Positions 25,167-38,078 of a stretch of 64,000 nucleotides of DNA are shown in pieces. The stretch lies in NCBI GenBank assembly GCA_964016885.1, contig OZ024746.1, forward strand, positions 21,638,001 to 21,702,000, in the 5' to 3' direction. This DNA comes from Eledone cirrhosa (lineage: Eukaryota). A model generated the notes under the pieces. That model saw only the letters and a program-made list of their open reading frames with translations. It had not been told where the DNA came from and did no database searches. Numbering within the stretch: the first letter of the stretch is position 1; the number at the start of each line of letters is the position of its first letter. Position numbers and translations under genes: made by a program.

Positions 25167-25452
25167 GATGGTGCTATTGGTGGTGGCTATCACTAGGATA
25201 ATGTGGGTAATATTGATGATGATGATGATGTTCATGATGACGATATCATTATTGTTGATATCAATATGCAAGAAAACAATAAATGATTATATGTCTGATT
25301 ATCCATTTTCTTTTTTTTCTTTTTGCAAACATAGTTTATCTAACAATACATTACCTACTGTATTATTTCATATTCTAAAAGATATTGACAAGTAATTTGA
25401 GATGAGATTTAATTGCTATTTCTAAAATCTTACAGTATACAATAATCTAGAG

Positions 25453-25963
25453 CAGTGATTCTCAATGTGAGCCTGAGGAAAGTTTTAAAAATGGGACTGG
25501 AGTTGACCCAGGGAAAATAGGTGGGCTTTGAATTTCTTTTTTTTTTTTGTTTTTTGTTTTTTTCTCACTGGTGTAAAATTATGAAAACACAAACTGTTTT
25601 ACTTTATTTTTAAAAGCAAATAATTCAGATAGACACCAGGAGCAGTGTAGTCATTAGTGAGGATTTATATTTTCTCATACATTTTACTTTTGTAAGTAAA
25701 ATGTTATTCCTCCTCCTCCTTCTCCTCCTCCTTCTGATTACTGAATGTGAAGCTTGTGCATTACTGCACCTGCTCCTGCACATGATTCAGCCTCCTGCCT
25801 TCCATCACACTATGAATACAGCACCGAGTTACTTGAACTTCTCCACCTGCTTCAGTGGAACTCCCTTCACATGTATTTCCTGTTACATGGAATTTCTATT
25901 TGGGCCTGATATTTTTTGACACCAAAAATGGGCCACAAGGAAAAAGATGATTGAGAAACACTT
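25453..25963. mobile_element. hAT (Charlie-like) MITE carrying an RTE fragment
   Basis: Termini CAGTGATTCTCAA / TTGAGAAACACTT; 8-bp TSD ATCTAGAG / GTCTAGAG (NTCTAGAN); minus-strand VKGVPLKQVEKFK.LGAV RTE piece at ~25760-25880. Confidence 0.75.
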
Positions 25964-26339
25964 GTCTAGAGGGAGGGTCCATTGTGTGTTTGCTCATATT
26001 AATACTGGTGTGTGAGAAAACAGATCTAATTTGAAATTTAATGACATCAATACTGTTATCATAGCAGGTAGTGTTCATTAAGAGTCAGGGAAAGAAATAC
26101 CAAGATGGCAACACTAATATGCACAAGTAAACAAGCATATGTCTCTACATGTTTGTTTGACCTGCAAGAAATAGCAGCCAAGTGGTCTGCAATTCATACT
26201 CTACTGTTTTACAAGGGGGGATATAATTTCATCCTTGGTGCAATGTACACCTCAAAAAACAAAGCAAATTAGCTAGTCATGGCCTTTATGGTTTTGATAA
26301 AAGGTCTGGTTAGTAGTTAAACACCTAAAACAACACTAA

Positions 26340-26915
26340 TGTAAGGTACAAACTGGAGCAAGGTATATGCAGAATGTGTAGTGAGAAGGATGAGTCAACA
26401 ACTCACATTGTAAGTGGTTGTAGCTGTTTGGCACAGAAAGAATATAAGCATTGCCATGGTTGTGTAACTAGGGCTCTATGCTGAGACATCTTGTGTCAAC
26501 AACAGTTTGAAGTGAATGGCAAATAGTATCAATACCAAGCAGAGAGAATTGTCGAAATGACAGATTCAAGGTACTTTAAGGTTTCCCAATCCAGGCAGAT
26601 TATGAAATACAAGCAAGAAGACCTGGTATAATTATCATAGACAGTGTCACAAGTATGTATAATATTTGACATAGCCATTCCTGCTGACACAAACATGACC
26701 AAAAAGGAACAGAATCTTACTAGGGAGATGAGGAGATTGTGGGATATCTCTGTAAAAGTAATCCCCATTGTTAAAGGTGTGTTGGGGACTTTTACCAACA
26801 GAATAGAAAAATTACAGAAAGACATAAGAGTAACTACAAATGTAGCATTGATCCAAAAGTTTGCCTTACTGAGTTCATTAAGAATCATCAGAAAGATCCT
26901 TGAGCAACTCTATAT
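26340..26915 (+). mobile_element. R4/Dong-type LINE 3' fragment (CCHC + RLE)
   Basis: CRMCSEKDESTTHIVSGCSCLAQKEYKHCH...IIFDIAIPADTN...REMRRLWDISVKVIPIVKGVLG. Confidence 0.85.
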
Positions 26916-27329
26916 ATGCAGGATTGATCAACCTTTAGTTGATTTGGGGAATGGCTGTGAAAGCTTTTATAGCTCAGTAGGTATTGGTGTTTTCTGATAT
27001 AAACAAAATAAATTACAAAATGCTAATATTTAGAAACATCTAAACATGTGTGTGATTTCCCTGCTAAGAGATAGTATAAACTCTCTTTCTTTGATTCCAT
27101 TAAAAAAATAAGCCATCCATACAGCCATTTTCCTATGAGGCTAAACATTTCAGGGGGGTATGTCAGCATGATAAAAAAAGTGGTCTCAAGAGATTGTTGA
27201 GATGCTAGAATGGAGACTTGTGTAATGTGTACAAGAGATATGATACAGAGAACTTCATCCACATTCATCATAAGCAAGGAACATAGTTACAAGTTCTTCT
27301 GAGTGGGTAGCATGGAAGAGTAATGTACA

Positions 27330-27488
27330 GTGCTAAATTAAATGTAGGCATCCACTCTCCTGATATGCATGAGCAATTGCTGATCTTCTACAAAGAACCT
27401 TGCCCAGACCTTGTGTCTCAGAAGAGAACTTTCTAGGGGCAAAGCCCATAGTCATTCATGACCGAAGGGGGTCTCTACCTTTATCTTC
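27330..27488 (+). mobile_element. SINE family B 3' tail fragment
   Basis: Matches 40510-40585 and 42335-42450 (TGCTG(A/G)TCTTC..AACCTTGCCCAGAC..GAGAACTTTCTAGG..CATTCATGACCGAAGG). Confidence 0.6.
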
Positions 27489-27589
27489 TAGAGTGACCTT
27501 AGTTCATTTATCAGTTATTCATTGAGTTACATTTGATTCTATTTTCATATAATATCCATTAATTCATATATTATTCTGTATTATTTCTT

Positions 27590-27753
27590 AGGGTCGGACA
27601 CCATGCTTTCCAGCATAGTTACGTCCCTTTACGATCTGAGTTCAAATCCCGCCGAGGTTGACTTTGACTTTCATCCTTACGGGGTCGATAAAATAAAGTA
27701 CCAGTAATGCACTGGGTATTTGCTGGCCTTGTGCCTAAAGTAGAAACAATTAT
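27590..27753 (+). mobile_element. SINE family A, young 5'-truncated copy
   Basis: CTGAGTTCAAATCCCGCCGAGG, core and tail; ATTATTTCTTA on both sides (TSD). Confidence 0.9.
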
Positions 27754-27789
27754 TTCTTATTTTTTGGTTTCTTTGTCTTATATATATAT

Positions 27790-30325
27790 ATCATCATCAT
27801 CGTTTAACGTCCATCTTCCACGCTTGCATGGGTTTGGACGGGAGGTTTCCCACTTGAGGCAAGATTTGTTGTCCTGCTCGTATAGGACTGTCTGGCGGGT
27901 TTTCTACGGCTGGATGCCCTTCCTAACACCAACCACGTTTACAGTGTGGACTGGGAGGTTTTTACCGTGTTACCTACATGGCCACATTACAGCGTGGACT
28001 GTGTGTTTTTTGTCGTGACACCTACACAACCTCATTTGTTTCGGACTGGATGTTGTGGTACCAACATAACTTCACATTTAGGGGGGGGGGGGGGGGTAGT
28101 GGGGGGGGGGGTAGGGGGGGGGGGTATTTTGTTAGAGGTGCCTACTGACTGTAGGTTTCGCTTTGTATTTAGGCAAGGCGGGTCTTCTGTATGACTGTGT
28201 AGCGCCAAAGATCTCGGTCCAGTGACATTGTCTTGGAGAGGTGTAAGTGTGTGAGGTCAGAATTTATCAAGTCATCCCAGGTTTTTCTGGGTCTGCTTAC
28301 TCCGTGGCTACCGTCTATTTTTATCGCCCTGCACTTTTTTATACAGCTGTCGTCTTTCATGTGCATCACGTGACCGTACCAACGTAGTCTTCTCTCGAGT
28401 AAACAACATCTGATCCCTCTTATTCCTAATTTCTCCCTTAGTTCGTTTATGCTTTGCCGTTCACGTATATTACTATTACACATCCAGCGGAGCATGCAAG
28501 CTTCGTTTCTCTCCAGTCTGCGTATATCCTCTGCACACAATGCCCAGGTCTCACTGCCATGTAACATTGCTGTTCGTATGCAGGCATCATACAGCCTGTC
28601 TTTCATTTTTAGAGAGAACCCTTTAGCGGCCAATAGTGGTATAAGCTCTCTGAACTTTTTCCATCCCGTTCTGACTCTAGCTACTGTACTTTCAGAGCAC
28701 CCTCCCCCACTGCTGATTTTGTCACCCAGGTAATGGAAGGTGTCCACTATTTCTATAGTACCATCTGTGCAATGGAATGAGCTAGTATTCTCTGGGCACT
28801 TGCTGCTACTTATTGCACCAGAGCACCGGCCACATATAAAATCTATATTCTTAGTTAGCTTACCTGTGATCCCACTACATCTTTTATGCACCCATACCTT
28901 GCATTTGGGACATAAAATGGAGTTTCTGCCTACTCCTTTCCTATACACTGAGCATGGCCATTTCCCAGATGGGACCGGTGCCCTATTTTCCTTCCTACAA
29001 ACTAGAACTTTAGTCTTAGACAAGTTAACTTTAAGGCCTTTTGATTCTAGGCCATGCTTCCATGTTTGGAATTTCTTCTCTAGTTCAGCCATTGATTCAG
29101 CTATGAGCGTTAGATCATCTGCATATAGGAGTTCCCATGGGCAGCCGGTCTTGAACTCCTCTGTTATAACTTGAAGGGCAATAATAAATAGTAGGTGGCT
29201 AAGAACGGAGCCCTAATAAACACCAACTTTTACGCTAAACTCTTCACTATATTCTTTGTTAATTCTAACCTTGCTGACTGTTTCTTTATACATGGCTTGT
29301 AGAGCTCTCACAAGCCATTCATCAACACCTAGTTTTCTAAGCGCCCACCAGATAATGGAGCGGGGGACTCTGTCAAAGGCTTTCTCCAAGTCAACAAAAG
29401 CTAAGTATAAGGGTTTACTTTTAGCTAGGTACTTCTCTTGTAGTTGTCGTACAATGAAAAGAGCGTCTGTGGTACTTTTACCTGACACAAACCCGAACTG
29501 CATTTCATCTAGATCAATTCGCTCTCTGATTAGTTGCGCTATTACTTTTTCTGTGACCTTCATGACCTGGTCGATTAATTTAATGCCTCTATAGTTACCC
29601 CTATCAAGAGCATCTCCTTTACCCTTGTAGCAGTTAATGATGATGTTGCTATGCCAGTCCTTCGGAACGGCCCCATTCTGTATGACTTGGTTTACTATCC
29701 GAGTGACCATAGTGTGTCCCACCGTTCCAGATGCTTTCAGCATTTCAGCAACTATTTCCGAAGGCCCGGCCGCCTTACCCATCTTTGTATCTTTGATTGC
29801 CTTACTTATTATACTACCTTCAACTCGCACTGCTGGTCCCTCTATTGGATTGATGTGGGGGAGACTGTCTTTCTCCCATTTATTCTCCTCATTTAATAGC
29901 CTTTCGTAGTGACACTTCGAAGCTACCTTCTTATCAGCGTCAGTGATGGCAAGTACACCATCATCATTAAGGACACACTTCTCCCCGACAATATCACGGT
30001 TTTCCTTGACACATTGCCTAGCAATCCTGAACACCTCACGTTTTTGGTCCTCGCGTTGTAGAACATGCTTGAACTTTCTTTCCTCTGCTTCCCTTCTTGT
30101 GAAGTACACTTGTCTCCTAGCTTCCCTCCTGGCCACTTGATAGTCTTCTCTACTTCCCCCATCCCGCCATACTTTCCAAGCCTGCTTTTTGGCCTTAATT
30201 GACTCCTCCACCTTACTATTCCACCACCACGTTACTCTCCTCCTGCCTATAGGCCTGCTCCAGCCATAAACTTCATCTGCCGCCTTCAGCAGGTTAGCTT
30301 TCAGGAATTCCCACTGTTCCTCTAT
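27790..30325 (-). mobile_element. 5'-truncated RTE-clade LINE: RT domain, PHD-finger insert, C-terminus and 3' UTR; one in-frame nonsense codon
   Basis: ORFs 29213-30454 and 28169-29092 are in the same frame, split by TAG in GVY*GSVLSHLLF (consensus GVHQGSVLSPLLF); motifs NYRGIKL, QFGF..GKST, FVDLEKAFDRV, YADD, YLG; (GAT)n tail; both ends in (TA)n. Confidence 0.96.
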
Positions 30326-30865
30326 ATATAATAAATTGTGTGTGTGTATATATATATACATATATATATATATAGAGAGAGAGAAAGAGAGAGGGGGGGG
30401 ACAATAAATTGTGTGTGTGCATATATATATATACACACACACACATATGCACACAATTTATTATAGATTTTATTTCTGTTAATTCAATTATCCACAAAAT
30501 TTCAACATAATGGGTTCTATTTAACTTCTATATTTTCTGAAGTCTCTTGGCTGATTAAATCCATTGTTATATATATTTATTATATAATATGCTTACTTTG
30601 AATATGAAAATTAGATCCATTCATTTTAGTTACATTTTTTGTATTCCACTTTTGATCTCAACATTTCTTTTCACCAATACTGCATCTGTCTAAATTATTA
30701 GATTTAGTGCAAATTAAATATAACCAATTTACTTGTTATTTCACACCTTTTCATATATTGAGCTCAGTAATGCTTAAATGTATTTTAAAACTGTGCAAAT
30801 AACATTGTTTGATTTTATCACATTTTATTTTATATGTGTATTTGTATTATTGTAGTTGGAACACT

Positions 30866-31021
30866 TACTGTCTATATTCAAATATAAGCTGAGGAATATC
30901 TGAACAAAAAAAAAATCGATGGTAGAAGGGGTGTGTGCTTATATTGGCATTATTTATTTTGAGAACAATACCTTAACATAAGTATGAGCAGCCTATTATG
31001 GCTGGTTTAAATGCTAAAGGC
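30866..31021. mobile_element. Partial pogo-type MITE followed by partial piggyBac-type MITE
   Basis: TACTGTCTATATTCAAATATAAGC..GATGGTAGAAGGGG matches 34470-34667; GGCTGGTTTAAATGCTAAAGG matches 10377-10579. Confidence 0.55.
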
Positions 31022-31460
31022 ATTTTTGAGGTTCCACATTCAATTTGCAGAACACTTACATCTATGCTATTGTGTCTATCCTCTCAATCATTATTTTTAG
31101 ATGTTCTCTTTCGAAAATAAATTTAGAAAAATGTTTTACTCACCACTGACTGCAAAATTAAATTTCATATTCCTACTTTGTAAATGGTCAAGAGCTTTTT
31201 TAATGTAACTGTCTGGACTGCTGGTTTCTGGAAGCTTTAAAAAAATACAATATATATATTTGCCGAATTTGGAGGGTGAGTATGGTTTGGTAGGAGTCAT
31301 GGGTACAGGTTAGCATTCAAGTTAGGGTGTTTGCTGAGGGTTAGTAAGCTGATTAGAGCAACAACGATCTTATTTATGTGTATAGGTTGAATTATTAAAT
31401 ACATATCCAGTACCTCATTTTCTGGCATAATTACCAATTTCTCGAACACAATATAATTAT

Positions 31461-31906
31461 GCGGAGTGGGGAGACCCAAGAAGACCTGGGATGAGGTGAT
31501 AAAAGCCGACCTTACAATTACACCGCTCAAAGGCGATGACACACGACCGTGACCTCTGGTGTCACGCAGTAATACAGAGTACCCGACCTCCCATGGGTAC
31601 AAGCTGAAGCATATGGACAATATGCCCCCACATCCTCCCACTGCAAAGTGGTCGTGGAGGTGCCACGGCAAAAAAGCACCCAGCCCACACTGTAAAGTGG
31701 ACGTGTAGGCGCCATGGAAAAAAGCACCCAGCAGTCACTGTAAATGAGGTTGGTGTTAAGAAGGGCATCCAGCTGTAGAAATCAAGCCAAAATCAGTTCC
31801 TGTATGAGCAAGGCATGGTCAGCTGACCAGACACTGCCCACAACAGGACAACCCGTCTAACCCATGCTAGCATGGAAGAACTGACGTAAAACGGTGACGA
31901 TGATGA
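31461..31906 (+). mobile_element. RTE LINE 3' end (family 2)
   Basis: GVGRPKKTWDEVIKADL; 3' UTR with ~45-nt CACTGTAAAGTGG subrepeats; reverse complement of 54635-55073. Confidence 0.9.
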
Positions 31907-31970
31907 TAATATATATATATATGAGAGAGAGAGGGAAGAGGAGGGAGAAATTATCAGGGAAGTGGTCTTT

Positions 31971-32110
31971 CCTGATGATTTCTTATGAATGAAACAGTTC
32001 TAGTCATGTACAAGTCATTTCTATATTAAGATGAATATACCTATATTCTACTAATATATTGAGTACCGTTATTAACAGTGGTCACCTCCCAATTTACATC
32101 AGGATCCTAC
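31971..32110 (+). mobile_element. Short repeat with hammerhead-like 5' motif, probably a Penelope pLTR remnant
   Basis: CTGATGA...GAAACAGTTCTAGTC..., then ATTGAGTACC; related copies at 46913-47044 (+) and 48112-48302. Confidence 0.45.
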
Positions 32111-32112
32111 AT

Positions 32113-32183
<71 letters not shown>

Positions 32184-32606
32184 GTGTATGAGCTTATGTC
32201 AATATGTATATGTTTATGTATGCAACAAATCAACCAGAATACACAATAGTTGATTCTCAGACAATATTGTATGAGATGTTCAGTACTTGAGATATTCTTT
32301 TGTGCAGCTTTCTCAGCACCAAGTTAAATATGAAATAAAATAGTCCACATGTAAAGTAAAATAATACAAAATATCTATAAATAACAAGAATTTATTAAGT
32401 AGCATCAGGACATCTATTATTAATACTTTTTTTTTATTTTTATAAAGAATAGCATGTGACATTACACAGTTGACTAGTGGGAATCTGAATCTCTGGCATA
32501 CTCTATCATACATTTTCATATTGCAGACAACTTTTGCTATTTTGAGAAATTCAACGTGTTATTTGTCCATACATTAGAATTATTTTCTTTGCTGATTTTG
32601 ACTTAT

Positions 32607-32667
32607 AAAAAAGGAAAGAAAGAAAGAAGGAAAGAAAGAAAGAAAGAAGGAAGGAAGGAAAGAAGGA

Positions 32668-32737
<70 letters not shown>

Positions 32738-32762
32738 AAGAATGAAAGAAAGGGAGAAAGAG

Positions 32763-32801
<39 letters not shown>

Positions 32802-32881
32802 GAAAGAAAGAGAGAGAGAAAGAAAGAAAGAAAGAGAAAGAAAGAGAGAGAAAGAAAGAAAGAAAGAAAGAAAGAGGGGGG

Positions 32882-32924
<43 letters not shown>

Positions 32925-33090
32925 ATGAAAGAAAGGGAGAAAGAGAGAAAGAAAGAAAGAAAGAAAGAAAGAGAAAGAAAGAGAGAGAGAAAGAAAGAAA
33001 GAAAGAAAGAAAGAGAAAGAAAGAGAGAGAGAGAGAGAAAGAAAGAAAGAAAGAGGGAGGGGGGGGGGGGGAAAGAAAGAAAGAAAAAAT
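32607..33090. repeat. (GAAA)n/(GA)n polypurine tract with internal duplication
   Basis: Direct reading; AAGAATGAAAGAAAGGGAGAAAGAGAG occurs twice. Confidence 0.97.
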
Positions 33091-33519
33091 AGTTTATATA
33101 TATATATTTTTTTTAATGTAACATGTTTTCTCAAAGCTATGCCACGGGGATTTGTATTTCAGTGAATGTCATCAGAAAGGTATCCCCAAATTACTGATTT
33201 TTGGCAGGCAATTTCAAAAATAGTAAGACTTAACACAAAGTAATAATACAGGTAAAAAAGGAATAATTAAAATAATTATTCTTTCTTTATTTTAAACTGC
33301 ATCATCATCATCATCTTTTTTTGGAGGGGGAAAACAATCAAAAAATGATGACGATGATGATTATGATGCAGTTTTTTTTTAAAATAATAATATAAAAATT
33401 AAAAGCTAAAACATTTGGTATATTTTTCAAAATTTGCATAATATTAGTTCAAATGTTATGTCATTTTATCAGATCTGAAAGCTTATTAATTCACTTCCCG
33501 GTTTGATCTATAAAACATT

Positions 33520-33800
33520 TGGTCATTGGTGTGATAGAGAAGAGTTTGTCTGTATTAAGTTTATCTAAAGTATGTCACTCGCCATGATTATCTTGCTGGA
33601 AGAGTGCTCCTCTGGGCTCCGGATACAAAGAGTCAAGTTGGCTGGCCATATATCATCTTGAAATCGATCATCAAGATAGATATAGGCCCCAAAGAAATGG
33701 ATTAGCATGCTATAATGGTTGACCATGGACTCTGGAGCTCCAACTTTGTCAACGTTTCACCACTGCCTCAAGGCATCACATGACTCAAGAAAAGAAGAGG
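33520..33800 (+). mobile_element. Degraded RTE 3' end
   Basis: YVTRHDYLAGRVLLWAPDTKSQVG(W/R)P..LKSIIKIDIG...M.D..LW pattern. Confidence 0.55.
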
Positions 33801-33887
33801 AGTATGTCAACTAATTGGAATCCATCCAATTTCTAAGTTATGCTCATTGAACTATATTAAAATATATTGGGTACCTTCTGCTTACAG

Positions 33888-33918
33888 TGATAATTACATG
33901 TTAACTACATGTTGACAG
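33888..33918 (+). other. Possible micro-exon (UTR or start-codon exon)
   Basis: Acceptor ccttctgcttacag and donor CAG|gtaagt; all three frames contain stops, but it ends ATG TTG ACA G (phase 1). Confidence 0.2.
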
Positions 33919-34469
33919 GTAAGTGAACTAGATTGGATCCATGACTACTCAATTCTTTTTCAGATTGATACTTGATAAATGTGAAAAAATTCCATTTAAA
34001 TTGTTTAGCACATTAATTCTAATTCTAATTTATCATGTTCAGAATCATTAGATCTGTTTGTTCACAGAATACTTCTTCTTTGTGAAGACCAGAAGACTAT
34101 TATATAGCTTTTTGTCATTGTTTAGAGGCAAATATATATAATGTAGTAACAAAATATATATAATGTAGTAACAAAATAAACAAAGTAAACAGAAATAAAA
34201 TAAAGGATTTTGAAGTCAGAGTTTGGTTTTTGATTTTGTAATGAGTTATTATAAATACTTCAGTAATTCTTTGAATATTTTAGATATAAATATTTTAGAA
34301 ATATTTTAGAAATAATATTCTACCTTCATTATGTATGTAAATATTTATCTCTTCAAGGTGAATATTTCAATTAATTCATAAGGTAGTTCTAGGGAGTGTA
34401 AATGAATCATTAATTTTGCTAATACAGAAGACAAATTTATCCTCATCATCCAGATATTTCCTCCATATA

Positions 34470-34667
34470 TTATCAGATATACTCGAATATAAGCCAGCTG
34501 ATGCTACTATTTTGTCAGAGAAATGGGCAAAAATCCAAACCTTATTTATGTAGTATTTGAAGTTGGTGAAAATCGTCAAAATAGTAACCCCAAAGATAAG
34601 CTGACCCCCTTCTACCATCAAGTTTTTGGTTACACATTCATCAGTTTATATTCAAGTATATAAGGTA
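34470..34667. mobile_element. pogo/Tigger-type MITE
   Basis: Termini ATATACTCGAATATAAGC / GTTTATATTCAAGTATATAAGGTA are inverted; TA ends. Confidence 0.65.
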
Positions 34668-35554
34668 CTTCTATTACTACTAGAAAGTTCTTTTCCCTTA
34701 ACTTACTGAGAGTATGCTTGCAAAAGCTAACCCAGTAATGCAATTTAGTGAATCTCAAATTAACTAACTTAAAGCCAAAAAGGCATATGGTGCATAGCTA
34801 GATGAGTTATCTGTATCTCTCAAACTGCACAATGTTTTTTACAGTATGTTACAGTATGTTTGTTCTTTTCAAAGATTATTAAAACCTTGATCATATTCAT
34901 CATAATGAGTTTGAGAATCTCGGGCAAAAGTTTCACCGATTACTTCCCTTCGTTCCTGGTTACATGCTGTACTGAAGAAATCACCAGAAAAAGAGGCATA
35001 TAAACGTTACCCGATCCTGCCACATGCCCCACCCATTATAACTACCCTCTCGACGAATTACATTACATCCCATTCCCACTCTACCTAAGACTACCACCAA
35101 CCATCTACTTAAATCCTAAAGCATTAGTCTTAACTCCATAACAGCTGTTTCTATCATCACAGTACTCTCTCTATCCAAGACCACCCCTTCCCTTTCCTCT
35201 CATCACCTTGTCAAAGTGCGGGTGGCTTGAAAAATGCAATCAATACACACTGTAAGGTGGTTGGTCATAAGAATGACATCTAACCATGTAAATCAGGCCA
35301 AACAAAAGGTTGAGAGGTCTTTTAGTTAGATCAAGATCACAACAGCTTCCCTAGAGTCAATGACATGAAGATGTGCTTGGGACACACTATAGAGTGGGAG
35401 AGTGCAGACCCTGGTCAATTTAAGAATTAAGCAGCTATAATCCTTGCTAACAAGAAGATTAGGTGTTAAATTATGATGATGAGGATGATGGAGGTAGTGG
35501 CTCAAAGTTTAAAGGAGGGTTTACCATAGGAGTTTCTGTAGGCAAATAATCTAG

Positions 35555-35800
35555 TGTTAATAGCAGAGTATGGATGAACTGAAGAAGAAAATGATTAGAT
35601 AGAAGGAAGGTATGGAGACAAATGTTATGAAGATGAATATCAGAATGATGAATGGTAAAGCATGAAGTGGGATAGAAAGAAGAGGAAAATGACTATGTTT
35701 AGTGTACAAGAAGAGTGTTGGAGTAAATCCTATTAAATGTACAATATGCACTGGTTTACAGCTAAAATTCAGTATAAGGTGTGTATGGAAAGGTGCTACA
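35555..35800 (+). mobile_element. Degraded RTE fragment (post-YADD region and PHD start)
   Basis: LIAE.MDELKKKMIR.KEGMET...GK.LCLVYKKSVGVNPIKCTIC, homologous to 28823-29100. Confidence 0.65.
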
Positions 35801-36482
35801 TGATACAGTAGTGATGGTGGTGGTGGAAGTAGTAGTAGTAGGAGGAGGGGAGGAGCAACAACAGTAGGAGTAGTAGTATCGTAGATCATTTTATTAGTCT
35901 TCCTAATTATAATAAAAATTCATGGAAAGTGTAATGCAAGAGATAGAAAATGCAACAATATTTACCTCACCCATAAGTCTTTTACCATATCCTTGTGAAG
36001 TCTGGAAAGCATCAATAATTTGACAAAGGACTTTTCCCTTTGAAATATCTTCAACTGTAACCAGTTTTGAAAATCCATTGTTTTCAAGAACAGATGTGGC
36101 CCAATTAAGATAAACCTAAAAAATGGAAAAAATATATATTCTTTATGGGAAAAACTGTTTAAGAGAAACATGTATCAATTTATCATAAACTCATGATGGA
36201 TGGTTTAGAGAGATTAAAAAACCAAAGAATAAAGAGTATGATTCAAAATAACTTCCCAAAAATAATTCTCCAGTTTTAGTTAAGCTTTTCAAAATACAAA
36301 GTATATGCAAAAAGCTCAGGGAACTACTGTTTTGTTGATGACTTAGGAAAGTTTTTACTGATAAAAATGAACTGAGGCTCAGTAGAGTGTGGTTTCCCCA
36401 GACCTTTGTGTAATCAACTCTTTTCAATTATACAGTGATTCTGCTTTTCCTTGCAATAATTCCAGCCAATTTAGTATGTATG

Positions 36483-38078
36483 TATTATTACTATAAGAAA
36501 GAGTAAATTGGCAGTATTGGTATGGTGTCAGATGACATGATGACATGCTTTGCAGTATAGACTTATGGCTTTTTACATTCTGAGTTCAAATCCCACCATG
36601 GTTAGTTTTGCCTTTCATCCTTACGATGTTGATAAAATAAAGTATCAGAAACACACTGGGGGTGATTTAATTGACTCCCCCCCCCCCCAAAAAAAAAATT
36701 GCTGGCCTTGTGCCTATAGTAGAAATCATTATTATTACTATAAGAAAGAGTGAATTGGCAGTATCGGTAGGGTGTCAGATGACATCCATTGCGCAGCATA
36801 GAGTTACGGCTCATTACATTCCAAGTTCAAATCTGCCATGGTTAGTTTTGTCTTTAATACTTATGGCATCGATAAAATAAAGTATCAGAAACACACTGGG
36901 GAATAATGTCAAATAACTTGTTATTTGACTTTCCCCCTTTCCCTTCAAATGTTTGGCCTTGTGCCTAAATCAGAAACCGGTGGATTGGCAGTATTGGTAG
37001 AGGGTTGGACGCCATGCTTTGACGTATAGAGTTACAGCCCTTGCCTTTCTGAGTTCAAATCCTGCCAAGGTTAACTTTGCCTTTCATCCTTATGGGGTCG
37101 ATAAAATAAAGTACCAGTAATGCACTGGGTAATTGCTGGCCTTGTGCCTAACGTAGAAACCATTATAAGAAAGAGTTGTATTGTTCTTGGACATATCACA
37201 GTGCTAGTAAGCAAGAACTATCAATCATTCTGCTATCATTTTCTAGGCTATTAATACAATCTTTACAATGTATACTTCTCAATAGTTGCAAAGGTTAACT
37301 TTGCCTTTCATCCTTACGGGGTCCATAAAATAAAGTACCAGTAATACACTGGGTAATTGCCTTGTGCCAAAAGTAGAAACAATTATTAGGTATTTCATGC
37401 TTTGACGCAAAGAGTTACGGCCCTTGCCATTCTGAGTTCAAATCCTGCCGAGGTCAATCTTGCCTTTGATCCTTACAGGGTCGATAAAAATAAAGTACCA
37501 GTAATGTACTGGGTAATTGCTGGCCTTGTGTCAAAAGTAGAAACAATTATTAGGTATTTCAATAATACACTGGGGTCAATTTAATCACCCCCCCCACCTC
37601 CAAAATTTCTGGCCTTGTGCTTATAGTAGAAATCATTATTAGGTATTTCAAAAGGTGGTGTATTGGTGGTATCGGTAGAGCATTGGAAAACATGCTTTGT
37701 GGTATAGAGTTACAACCCTTTACATCAAATCCCATCAAGGTTAGCTTTGCTTTTTGTCATTACAGGGTCGATAAAATAAAGTACCAGTATTGCACCTGGG
37801 TTGATTTAATCGACGTTCCCCTCCCCCCTAAATTATTGGCCTTGTGCCTAAATCAGAAACTATTATTTCTTTATGTAGGCGGTGGATTGGCAGTATTGGT
37901 AGAGGGTCGGACGCCATGCTTTGACGCAAAGAGTTACGGCCTTTTCTATTCTGAGTTCAAATCCCGCCGAGGTTTACTTTGCCTTTCATCCTTACAGGGT
38001 CGATAAAATAAAGTACCAGTAATACACTGGGTAATTGCTGGCCTTGTGCCAAAAGTAGAAACAATTATTTCTTTATGT
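36483..38078 (+). mobile_element. Array of about eight SINE family A copies or fragments
   Basis: Repeated head/core/tail units; target copies ATTATTAGGTATTTCA x3, ATTATTTCTTTATGT x2, TATAAGAAAGAGT x3. Confidence 0.92.

Noticed and set aside
28449-30162. Several + strand and alternate-frame ORFs overlapping the RTE
   Set aside because: Antisense or shadow frames of the RT coding sequence
32556-33134. 178-aa K/E/R-rich and 184-aa F/L/S-rich ORFs
   Set aside because: Translations of the (GAAA)n tract
34376-34621. 81-aa protein-looking ORF on the minus strand
   Set aside because: Mostly inside a pogo-type MITE with terminal inverted repeats; a second copy lies at ~30866
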